In this document: positions 28,811 through 37,222 of the stretch, one piece after another
Layout of the letters: the number at the start of each line of letters is the position of its first letter
How positions within the stretch are numbered: position 1 is the stretch's first letter
Assembly: GCA_003525885.1 (NCBI GenBank)
Contig: DQIG01000296.1
Location: forward strand, 736 to 40,642
Direction: 5' to 3'
DNA from: Stenotrophomonas sp.
GTDB taxonomy: Bacteria; Pseudomonadota; Gammaproteobacteria; Xanthomonadales; Xanthomonadaceae
Length of the DNA: 39,907 nt
The notes under the pieces: model-generated
Databases searched by the model: none
Seen by the model: only the letters and a program-made list of their open reading frames with translations
Told to the model about the DNA's origin: nothing
Made by a program: the position numbers and the translations under genes

Positions 28811-29011
28811 ATGCTCATGAATGCTCAACCTGTACTGCTGCGCCCCGAAACGCTGACCCTCCGCGATCGTCCGGTCCGTGTCGTTCCGCCGGAAGAGGTC
28901 ATCGACAGCGAAGCCCTGCTCAAGGGCCGTCGTGAAATCCTGATCCAGCACGGCGACCGCTTCTATCGCCTGCGGCACACCAGCAACGACAAGCTGATCC
29001 TGACCAAGTAA
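28811..29011 (+). CDS. hemP: Hemin uptake protein HemP (start may be 28817)
   Basis: IDSEALLKGRREILIQHGDRFYRLRHTSNDKLILTK matches the HemP/HmuP family. Confidence 0.93.
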   Translation: MLMNAQPVLLRPETLTLRDRPVRVVPPEEVIDSEALLKGRREILIQHGDRFYRLRHTSNDKLILTK

Positions 29012-29164
29012 TCGCGGCCTGGTCGCCCGCCCCCCTCCCTCCTGCCGGCAGCGCCGACAGGGTGGGCGACCCGTCCGCTCCCGCTCTCTCCCCCTCGGTC
29101 TACCGCGTGCACCTTCCGGGTGTGCCGGTAACCGGGGGTTCCCCTGCCTGACCGAACGAACCCG

Positions 29165-31357
29165 ATGACCCGCCCTACCGCCCTTTGCCTTGCCGTCTGG
29201 ATGGCCCTGCCGCTGTCCGCCCATGCTGCTGCCGCGGCCACCGCCGCGCCCGATGCGCGCGAATTCGACCGCGTGCAGGTCACCGCCACCCGCACCGAAC
29301 GGGCGGTGAGCGATGTGGCGGCCACCGTCGATGTCATCGACCGCGAGCAGATGGACCGGCACCTGGTGCAGGACATCAAGGATCTGCTGCGCTACGAGCC
29401 GGGCCTGTCGGTCAGCCGCAGCGCCGCGCGCTTCGGCCTTGGCAGCATCCGCATCCGTGGCCTGGACGGCAACCGCGTGCGCGTGCAGACCGATGGCATC
29501 GCGATGCCCACCAGCTTCAACATTGGTTCGTTCTCCAATGCCAACCGCAACTTCACCGATCTGGACACGCTCAAGCGCGTGGAGATCGTGCGCGGCCCGG
29601 CCAGCTCGCTGTACGGTTCCGACGCGCTCGGGGGTGTGGTCGCCTTCGTCACCAAGGATCCGGCCGATTACCTGAAGGATGGCAAGGACAGCTACGTCGG
29701 CCTGAAGTTCGGCTACGACGGTGAGTGGAAGGGCCTTCTCGGCGGCGTGACCAGCGCGTTCGGCGGCGAGCACTGGAGCGGCATGGTCAACATCAACCAT
29801 CGCCAGGGCCAGGAAACCGGCAACAAGGGCGATGTGCGCAGCCTCGACAACACCCGCACCGCGCCCAACCCGCAGGACCGCGACGGTCGCAGTGGCCTGG
29901 CCAAGCTGGTCTATGCGCCGAGCGAGGACCAGCGTTTCCGCCTGACCGTGGAAGGCAACGAAGACAACACCGACACCAACGTGCTGTCCTCGATCGACCG
30001 CACCACCACCACCGGCATGAAGGCGCGCGATACGCAGAACCGCACCCGCGTGTCGTTCGCCCATGAAATGGATGCACTGGACAAGGGCTTCGCCGACAGC
30101 CTGCATTGGCAGCTGTATACCCAGCACAGCGAAACCACCCAGATCACCGATGAGGATCGTGCCAACCGCAGCCGTCGCCACCGCGAGTTCAACTTCGACC
30201 AGCGCGTGTACGGCCTGCAGGCACAGTTCAACAAGGCGTTCAGCACCGGCAGTGTCGAACACGCACTGACCTACGGCTTCGAGGGCGCGCATACCGAGAT
30301 CCGCCAGAAGCGCGACGGCTATCAGGTACTGGCCAATGGCCAGACCAGCACCACCATCCTGCCCGATGCGTTCCCGGTACGCGATTTCCCGATCAGCAAG
30401 ACCACCGAGCTGGGCCTGTACGCACAGGACGAAATGCGCATGGCCGGCGGCAAGCTATCGCTGGTGCCGGGCGTGCGCGTGGACCGCTACGAGCTGAAGC
30501 CGGAGGTGGACAGCATCTTCGCCGAAGACAATCCCGGCGTTGCGGTGGCCAAGCTGACCAAGACCAGCGTCTCGCCGAAGCTGGGCATGGTCTATCGCTT
30601 CACCGACGAATGGTCGCTGTTCGCGGGCTATTCGCATGGCTTCCGCTCGCCGCCGTACAACGACGTCAACCTGGGCTTCACCAACTTCGCCTTCGGTTAC
30701 ACCGCCATTCCCAATCCGGACCTGAAGCCGGAAACCAGTGACGGCATGGAGCTGGGCCTTCGCTTCCTGTCGCCGGCGGCCTACGTCAGCCTCAGCGGCT
30801 ACTACAACGAGTACAAGGACTTCATCGAGTCGCAGTCGCTGGTCGGCACCAACGCACAGGGCCTGATGGTGTTCCAGTCGCGCAACATCGCCGATGCGCG
30901 CATCTACGGTGCCGAGCTGAAGGCCGGCGTCGACTTCGGCCAGATCAGCCCGGCGCTGCAGGGCTGGGCGCTGCGCAGTTCGGTGGCGTGGTCGCGCGGC
31001 GACAACAAGACCGAAGATACGCCGCTGGATTCGGTCGACCCGCTGCGTGGCACCGTCGGCCTGATGTACGACACCGACACCTGGGGTGTCGAACTGGCCG
31101 GTACCTTCGTCAAGCGCAAGGACCGCGTCACCGCGGCCACGGTGTACCGCCCGGCCGGCTACGGCGTGGCCGACCTGATGGCGCACTGGAACTTCGCCCC
31201 GGGCGCGACCTTCAACGTCGGCGTGTTCAACCTGGGCGACAAGCGCTACATCGATTGGTCCAACGTGGGTTCGACGCTGTCGCCGACCAGCCGCGTGCTG
31301 GATCGCTATACCAGCCCGGGCCGTACCCTCTCCGCCAGCCTTGCCGTTTCCTGGTGA
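29165..31357 (+). CDS. TonB-dependent hemin/hemoglobin-family outer-membrane receptor
   Basis: Signal peptide, TonB box-like DRVQVTATR, plug motifs (IRGLDGNRV, RGPASSLYGSDALGGVV), FRSP/NPDL (FRAP/NPNL-like) heme-receptor motifs, terminal Trp. Confidence 0.93.
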   Translation: MTRPTALCLAVWMALPLSAHAAAAATAAPDAREFDRVQVTATRTERAVSDVAATVDVIDREQMDRHLVQDIKDLLRYEPGLSVSRSAARFGLGSIRIRGLDGNRVRVQTDGIAMPTSFNIGSFSNANRNFTDLDTLKRVEIVRGPASSLYGSDALGGVVAFVTKDPADYLKDGKDSYVGLKFGYDGEWKGLLGGVTSAFGGEHWSGMVNINHRQGQETGNKGDVRSLDNTRTAPNPQDRDGRSGLAKLVYAPSEDQRFRLTVEGNEDNTDTNVLSSIDRTTTTGMKARDTQNRTRVSFAHEMDALDKGFADSLHWQLYTQHSETTQITDEDRANRSRRHREFNFDQRVYGLQAQFNKAFSTGSVEHALTYGFEGAHTEIRQKRDGYQVLANGQTSTTILPDAFPVRDFPISKTTELGLYAQDEMRMAGGKLSLVPGVRVDRYELKPEVDSIFAEDNPGVAVAKLTKTSVSPKLGMVYRFTDEWSLFAGYSHGFRSPPYNDVNLGFTNFAFGYTAIPNPDLKPETSDGMELGLRFLSPAAYVSLSGYYNEYKDFIESQSLVGTNAQGLMVFQSRNIADARIYGAELKAGVDFGQISPALQGWALRSSVAWSRGDNKTEDTPLDSVDPLRGTVGLMYDTDTWGVELAGTFVKRKDRVTAATVYRPAGYGVADLMAHWNFAPGATFNVGVFNLGDKRYIDWSNVGSTLSPTSRVLDRYTSPGRTLSASLAVSW

Positions 31358-31361
31358 CCTC

Positions 31362-31961
31362 ATGAGCCGAGCCTTGTCCGCACGCAGGAATGACTCCATC
31401 GCCGCGCCACACCGCGCGGCGTGGCCGACCCCGGCACAGCTGGCCACGCTCGGCACCGTGTTGTGCCTGTACCGCGCCGACGGCAACGAGCTCGGTGGCT
31501 GGCGCCAGGCGGTAAGCGTGCACGCCTGCCAGGGCGTGGACAGCGAGGGCGTGCGCGAAAGCCTGTGTTTCCTTGATGCCCGCGGACGCTGCGTGTGGCG
31601 CCTGTACCTGCTGCCCGACAGCGATTTCCTCGCCTGGGACAGGCTGGTCGCGGCGTTGCCGCCGGGTCCGGAGCACGACAGCGATGGCAGTGTCGGCGAA
31701 CGCCTGTGGCGGCGCCTGGCCGGCCACCTCGGTGGCCAGCGCTGGCGCCTGTGCACGCTGCGCCTGCATTCCGCTGACGATGGCCGCACCCTCGCCGCGA
31801 GCCTGTCGACGTTGTCCTCGCTGGGCGCGGCCACCGCGCGTCGCATCGCACGGTTGGAAGGTGCCGAAGGCGAGCTGGCGATCGACGATTGCTGCTGCGC
31901 CGACGCTGCACGCCGGCCGACACCGCGGGTTCCCGGCGACCTGCCGCTGATCCGCCTGTGA
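31362..31961 (+). CDS. HemS/ChuX-like hemin utilisation protein (divergent)
   Basis: ESLCFLDARGRCVWRLYLLPDSDFLAWDRLVAAL resembles the HemS-domain C-terminal motif; starts 4 nt after the receptor stop. Confidence 0.7.
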   Translation: MSRALSARRNDSIAAPHRAAWPTPAQLATLGTVLCLYRADGNELGGWRQAVSVHACQGVDSEGVRESLCFLDARGRCVWRLYLLPDSDFLAWDRLVAALPPGPEHDSDGSVGERLWRRLAGHLGGQRWRLCTLRLHSADDGRTLAASLSTLSSLGAATARRIARLEGAEGELAIDDCCCADAARRPTPRVPGDLPLIRL

Positions 31962-32034
31962 TCCTTTCCTGATGGAACGCCCGACGGCCATGGACGGCCT
32001 TTCAACGAACCTGCAACCCCGAAGGAAGACCCCG

Positions 32035-32970
32035 ATGAAGCTCCAGACAGCCAGCGCGATGCTGCTGCTCGCCGCCAGCGGCGCGGCCAGCGCGCAGCCC
32101 TCCGATATCGCCCGTGACCACGACAGCATCCTTGCCATGCAGGGCGAGTACAACGTCGATTTCGCGTTCGACGAGACCGTACTGCTGAAGCCCGGCTACG
32201 AGCGTGCGCCGGCGATGCGCAGCGGCGGCAACGAAGTGGTCATCGTGGTCGAGGACACCCCGAAGCGCATCGTGCTGCAACACCTGCTGCTGGACGAAAA
32301 GAGCGGGCACATCACCAAGCACTGGCGCCAGGACTGGGTCTACGAAGCGCCCAGCCGCTTCGAGTTCAGTGCCGACCAGACCTGGCAGGTGCGCAGCATT
32401 CCGGCTGCGGTGAACCAGGGCGCATGGACCCAGTGCGTCTACGAAGTGAGCGACGCACCGCGCTACTGCGGCACCGGCACATGGACCTACACCAACAACG
32501 TGCCGAGCTGGACCAGCGACCTGAGCTGGCGCCCGCTGCCACGCCGTGAGTACACCAAGCGCAGCGACTACAACGCGCTGGCCGTGGTCAACCGCCACAC
32601 GCTGACCCCGAACGGCTGGACCCACGAGCAGTTCAACACCAAGGTGCAGCGCAACGCCGATGGCAGCCAGGTGGAGATCGCGCGCGAGTTCGGCTTCAAC
32701 GACTACGTGAAGACCACCGAGATCGACTTCACCCCGGCCCGCGACTACTGGAAGGCCACTGCCGGTTACTGGGCCAAGGTGCGCCAGCGCTGGGACGGCT
32801 TCCTCGGCCAGGCCCCGGGTGTGCATCTGAAGACCAAGATCGACGGCATGGCGATGATCATTCCGCTGTTCACCCAGGCCGAAGAGATCCAGGCCGGCAA
32901 GAAGGTGAAGGACAAGCAGATCGACGAGGTGTTCGCCAAGTACGTGGAAAAGGCACCGAAGGAAGGTTGA
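32035..32970 (+). CDS. Exported conserved protein (DUF6607-like), last gene of the hemin operon
   Basis: Signal peptide; ILAMQGEY.V.F.FDET, LQHLL, KHWRQDW.YE, WRPLPRREYTKRSDY, GWTHEQ.N.K motifs. Confidence 0.8.
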   Translation: MKLQTASAMLLLAASGAASAQPSDIARDHDSILAMQGEYNVDFAFDETVLLKPGYERAPAMRSGGNEVVIVVEDTPKRIVLQHLLLDEKSGHITKHWRQDWVYEAPSRFEFSADQTWQVRSIPAAVNQGAWTQCVYEVSDAPRYCGTGTWTYTNNVPSWTSDLSWRPLPRREYTKRSDYNALAVVNRHTLTPNGWTHEQFNTKVQRNADGSQVEIAREFGFNDYVKTTEIDFTPARDYWKATAGYWAKVRQRWDGFLGQAPGVHLKTKIDGMAMIIPLFTQAEEIQAGKKVKDKQIDEVFAKYVEKAPKEG

Positions 32971-32987
32971 TCGGCGCCGTGGTCCTG

Positions 32988-33076
32988 GTGGAGGCCGGGT
33001 TTGCCCGGCGCTCCATCCACGCATGGCGTGGATCCACCGACCTCTGCTTCTGGTAGGTGCCAAGCTTGCTCGGCAC
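32988..33076. repeat. Cluster of REP-like palindromes between convergent genes
   Basis: atccacgcatggcgtggatccacc (33015-33038), ggtaggtgccaagcttgctcggcac (33052-33076) and gccgggtttgcccggc. Confidence 0.75.
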
Positions 33077-33120
33077 GCCTTCGGCGCTGATCGAACACGC
33101 CGTGCATGGATGCACTGCAC

Positions 33121-33606
33121 TCAGGACGCGGGCCCACCCAGCGTGGTCAGGTCCAGCCCGGCGTCCTGGAACGTACGCAGGGTGGCCTGCAGGCTCGCCT
33201 CGTCATCGCGCGTGCGGACGCCCATGATGGCGTCGCTGCAGCGCGCGCGGTCCGTGCTGCACGCCTGCGGGTCGGGCAGCAGCAGCGCGGTCTGCGCGAC
33301 CAGGATCGCCATGTGCGCTACTTCCTTCCTTGGCTTCGGTTGGCCCCGGTAGAACCGGTCGAATTCCGCGCGCAGGTCGGCCACCACGTCGGCATTGCTG
33401 CGCGTGCGTGATATGCCGGCCGGAACCAGATAGGTCTCGCGGCCCTCGTGGAAGGCGCGCGCTTCATCCGCCAGCATCGTTTCCAGCACGAAGGCCTGTA
33501 CCGGGTCCGGGACATGGCCAACCGCGGTGCGGGCGCATGCGGGCAGCATCGCCGCCAGCAGCGGCACGCCAACGAGAAGGACGCGCAGGCAGACGCCGTA
33601 CTTCAT
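33121..33606 (-). CDS. Hypothetical lipoprotein
   Basis: MKYGVCLRVLLVGVPLLAAMLPA-C lipobox-like start 2 nt after the upstream stop, with an AGGA RBS. Confidence 0.65.
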   Translation of the reverse strand: MKYGVCLRVLLVGVPLLAAMLPACARTAVGHVPDPVQAFVLETMLADEARAFHEGRETYLVPAGISRTRSNADVVADLRAEFDRFYRGQPKPRKEVAHMAILVAQTALLLPDPQACSTDRARCSDAIMGVRTRDDEASLQATLRTFQDAGLDLTTLGGPAS

Positions 33607-33608
33607 TC

Positions 33609-33962
33609 CTATTCCTTGAACATCAGAAATGCGGCAACCACGATCAACCCGAACGCCGCATAGTGGTTCCACTTCAGCGGCTGGCCCAGGTAGAACGCGG
33701 AGAACACCGCGAACACCAGCAGCGTGATCACCTCCTGCATACCCTTCAGCTGCGGCGCCGAATACACCGCGCTGCCCAGCCGGTTGCCCGGCACCTGAAG
33801 GCAGTACTCGAAGAAGGCGATGCCCCAGCTGACCAGGATGACCATCATCAACGGCGCGCTCTTGTACTTCAGGTGGCCGTACCAGGCGAAGGTCATGAAG
33901 ATGTTGCTGCCGAGCAGCAGCAACACCGGGTACAGGTAGGCGGCGAAGGACGTGCCGGGCAT
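33609..33962 (-). CDS. DMT-superfamily small membrane protein (DUF486-like)
   Basis: SNIFMTFAWYGHLK, SWGIAFFEY.LQVP.NR.G, QLK.MQEVITL.VF. Confidence 0.9.
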   Translation of the reverse strand: MPGTSFAAYLYPVLLLLGSNIFMTFAWYGHLKYKSAPLMMVILVSWGIAFFEYCLQVPGNRLGSAVYSAPQLKGMQEVITLLVFAVFSAFYLGQPLKWNHYAAFGLIVVAAFLMFKE

Positions 33963-34031
33963 CCGGGTGATCTCGTGGGAGTGAGGCGCGCAGCATAGCG
34001 CTGGCGCCCCTCGATGCGTGTCACGGTCGGG

Positions 34032-36548
34032 TCAGGCCTCGCGCAGGGCCAGGGCCGGAGAGGTGTGCAGGATGCGCCGGGTACCCCACCAGCCGGCCAG
34101 CAGGCTCAGCCCGATGCCGACCACGCCGCCCAGCAGCAGTCCTGGCCATGGTGGCAGCAATGGCAGCTCGAACACCTTCTGCGAGACCGCCACGCCGATG
34201 GCCGCGGCGGCGCCGACCGCCAGCAACGCGGCCAGCGTGCCCAGTGCGCCGAATTCCACCAGTACCGCTCCGCGCAGCTGGCGACGGGTCGCGCCCAGCG
34301 TGCGCAGCACCGCACTGTCGTAGCGGCGCTCGCCCGCCGTGGCCTGCAGCGCGGCCAGCAGTACCAGCACGCCGGCCAGCAGGCTGAACACCATCACCAG
34401 CTGCACCGCCTGCGCCACGCGTTCCATCACATCGCGCACCTGCGAAATCACTGCATCCACATCCAGCAGAGACAGGTTCGGCTGCGCGCGTACCAGCTCA
34501 CCGAGTCCGGCCGCCTTGCCGGCCGGCAGGTGGAACGCCGACAGCAGGTTGTGCGGGGTGTCGCCCACCGCATTCGGGTTCAGCAGCACGAAGAAGTTCG
34601 GCCGGAAGGTGTTCCAGTCGGCCTTGCGCACGCTGGTCACGGTGAATTCGCGTTCCTGCTCGCCCACCGCAATGGAGATGCGGTCGCCGGGATACACGCC
34701 GTAGCGTTTGGCCCAGCCGATTTCCACCGAGGCTTCCGGTGCGGTGCTGTCGGCTTTCCAGAACGTGCCATTGACCAGCGTATTGGCCGGCGGGAACGTG
34801 CTGCGCCAGCTGAAATTCAACGGCCGGTTCTCGTCATCGTCATCGCGCTGGCCGTCGCCCTGCGCGGCCTGTCCGTCCTGTGCGGACGTACGGTCCATGC
34901 GCAGCGGCGGCTTGCCGTTGATGGCGATCAGGCGCCCAGTGGCCATCGGTTCGATGCTGGCGTCGTTGGCGCCCAACCCACGCAGCGTCGCCAGCACGCT
35001 GTCACGCTGTTCGGGCTGGATGTTGATCAGGAAGTAGTTGGGCGTGTCCGCGGGCAACCGCTCGCGCCACTGCTGCAGCAGGCCAGGGCCGGTCACGGCC
35101 AGCAACAGCAGCGCACACAGCGACAGGGAGAGCCCGACCAGCTGCATCACCGCCAGCATCCGGCGGCGGGTCAGCGCGGCCAGGCCCAGCCGCCAGTTGC
35201 CATGCAAGCGGTGTTGCAGGCCGCGCAGCAACTGCAGCAGCACGAAGCCGACCACGCCGGCGGCCAGCGCCAGCGCGGCCAGGCCACCCAGCACCCACAG
35301 CGCCAGCTTCAGGTCGCCGGTGACCTGTACCGCCAGCAGCAGGCTGGCCGCCAGCGCCGCCACATAGGCCAGCAGCGAGGCTGGTGGCAGGGCGGCGAAG
35401 GAGCGGTTGAGCACCCGCATCGGCGGCACCCCGCGCAGGCGCAGCAGCGGCGGCAGGCCGAAGCCGAACAGCAGCAACAGGCCGATGCCCGCACCGGTCA
35501 GCGCTGGCATCGCCTCGGGCAGCGGCAGCCGCTGTGGCACCAGACTGCCCAGCACCTGCACCAGGCCTTCCTGCGCAGCCATGCCCAGGCCGATGCCAAG
35601 CGCGCAGGCCGGCACCGCCAGCATCAGCAGCTGCAGCGCCAGGCCAAGCAGGATGTCGCGCTGGCGCGCACCCAGGCAGCGCAGGATCGCCACCTGGTCG
35701 ATGCGGCGCAGTGCAAAGCGGTTGGCCGCCAGCGCCGTGGCCACACCGGCCAACAGTACCGCCAGCAGCGCGCTGAGGCCGAGGAAGCGCCCGGCCAGAT
35801 CGAACGCCTGGCGTACGCCGCGCTGGGTGTCATCCACGCTCAGCAGGCGCAGGCCCTTGACCTGCGGCAGCAGCCACTGGCGCAGCGCGGCAACCTGATC
35901 GGCCGGTCCGGCGAACATCAACCGATAGTTGATGCGGCTGCCGGGGCCGAGCAGTCCGGTGCCTTCCACGTCAGCGCGGTTGACCAGCAGGGTAGGGGAG
36001 AGCGTCAGCAGGTCGCCACCAGTGTCCGGCTCGGCCTCGATGATGCCGGCGATGCGCACCGTGCCGGCGCCGAATTCGAGGTCATCGCCGGCCTTCAGTC
36101 CCAGTCCCTGCAGCAGGCGTGGGTCGGCATAGGCCTGCCCCTTGGGCGGCATGCCGGCATCGGTGATCAACGCACCGCCGGGGGTGCTGCGCACCCGCAG
36201 CGTGCCGCGCAACGGGTAGCCCGCCTGCACGGCCTTGATGCTGGCCATCTGGCTGGCATCGCCGTTGAACAGCACGCTGCCGAAACTGGCGATACGGGTG
36301 TAGGCCAGTCCACGCCGCTGTGCTTCGTCAGCGAACGCCTGCGGCGGGTCATCGCGCCCGGCGATGCCGAGGTCGCCGCCGAGCATTTCCGCCGCGCTGC
36401 CGGTCAGCGCCAGATTGACCCGGTTCACCAGCGTGCCCACGGCCGTCATCACCGCCACGCCCAGCACCAGCGCGGCGAACACGGTCAGCAGGTCGCCGGC
36501 CAGGGCCTCGCGGCGCAGCGCGCGCCACGCGTGCCGCAGCAGGTTCAT
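34032..36548 (-). CDS. ybbP: ABC transporter permease, FtsX/YbbP type
   Basis: 838 aa, duplicated MacB/FtsX architecture; GYPLRG.L, AILRCLGA, PNYFLINIQPEQ, W..FRPNFF, LRTLGA. Confidence 0.9.
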   Translation of the reverse strand: MNLLRHAWRALRREALAGDLLTVFAALVLGVAVMTAVGTLVNRVNLALTGSAAEMLGGDLGIAGRDDPPQAFADEAQRRGLAYTRIASFGSVLFNGDASQMASIKAVQAGYPLRGTLRVRSTPGGALITDAGMPPKGQAYADPRLLQGLGLKAGDDLEFGAGTVRIAGIIEAEPDTGGDLLTLSPTLLVNRADVEGTGLLGPGSRINYRLMFAGPADQVAALRQWLLPQVKGLRLLSVDDTQRGVRQAFDLAGRFLGLSALLAVLLAGVATALAANRFALRRIDQVAILRCLGARQRDILLGLALQLLMLAVPACALGIGLGMAAQEGLVQVLGSLVPQRLPLPEAMPALTGAGIGLLLLFGFGLPPLLRLRGVPPMRVLNRSFAALPPASLLAYVAALAASLLLAVQVTGDLKLALWVLGGLAALALAAGVVGFVLLQLLRGLQHRLHGNWRLGLAALTRRRMLAVMQLVGLSLSLCALLLLAVTGPGLLQQWRERLPADTPNYFLINIQPEQRDSVLATLRGLGANDASIEPMATGRLIAINGKPPLRMDRTSAQDGQAAQGDGQRDDDDENRPLNFSWRSTFPPANTLVNGTFWKADSTAPEASVEIGWAKRYGVYPGDRISIAVGEQEREFTVTSVRKADWNTFRPNFFVLLNPNAVGDTPHNLLSAFHLPAGKAAGLGELVRAQPNLSLLDVDAVISQVRDVMERVAQAVQLVMVFSLLAGVLVLLAALQATAGERRYDSAVLRTLGATRRQLRGAVLVEFGALGTLAALLAVGAAAAIGVAVSQKVFELPLLPPWPGLLLGGVVGIGLSLLAGWWGTRRILHTSPALALREA

Positions 36549-37123
36549 GCCTGCGCCCCGAGCTCGACCGGCATCAGGCGGCCGTCGTCGATGCGGTGGA
36601 TGTACTGGCAGCGCTGGGCCAGGCGCAGGTCGTGGGTGACCAGCACCAGAGTGGTGCCGCTGCCGGCATTGAGTTCGAACAGCAGGTCGCTGATGTGCTG
36701 GCCGGTGGCATGGTCCAGCGAGCCGGTCGGTTCGTCGGCGAACAGGATGCGCGGGCGGGTAACGAAGGCACGCGCCAGTGCCACGCGCTGCTGCTCGCCA
36801 CCGGACAGCTGGCGTGGGTAGTGGCGGGCACGATGGGCCAGGCCGACCTGCGCCAGCACCTCGTCCACGCGTGCGCGGTCCTCGCGCCCGGCCAGCTCCA
36901 GCGGCAGCGCGACGTTCTCGGCGGCGGTCAGCGCCGGCAGCAGGTGGAAGCTCTGGAACACGAAGCCGACCTCGCGCGCGCGCAGCTGGGCCCGGGCTTC
37001 TTCATCAAGACGCCCCAGATCCTGGCTGGCCAGTTCGATGCGGCCGCGGCTGGGCAGGTCCAGCCCGGCCAGCAGGCCGAGCAGGGTGGCCGCCAACGGG
37101 CGGGTGATGGCGTTCAAGGACAT
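36545..37123 (-). pseudogene. ybbA: N-terminally truncated/chimeric YbbA-type ABC ATPase lacking Walker A
   Basis: Retains TLLGLLAGLD, Q-loop GFVFQSF, LSGGEQQRV, FADEPTGSLD and VTHD, but the GxSGSGK P-loop expected just before TLLGLL is replaced by MSLNAITRPLAA with its own AGGAG RBS. Confidence 0.8.
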
Positions 37124-37222
37124 GGACCACGCTCCTGTGTTCCGGTGCCGATTCAATACCTTACGCCCGGGTTCCTTGCAAGTCAGGTGGGCCTGCCGGC
37201 ACCCCGCTACAATCCTGTCCCC

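Noticed and set aside
36596..37222. N-terminal extension of the rep ORF to 867 aa
   Set aside because: Antisense to ybbA; Rep homology begins at MHGLNPPQ (37223)
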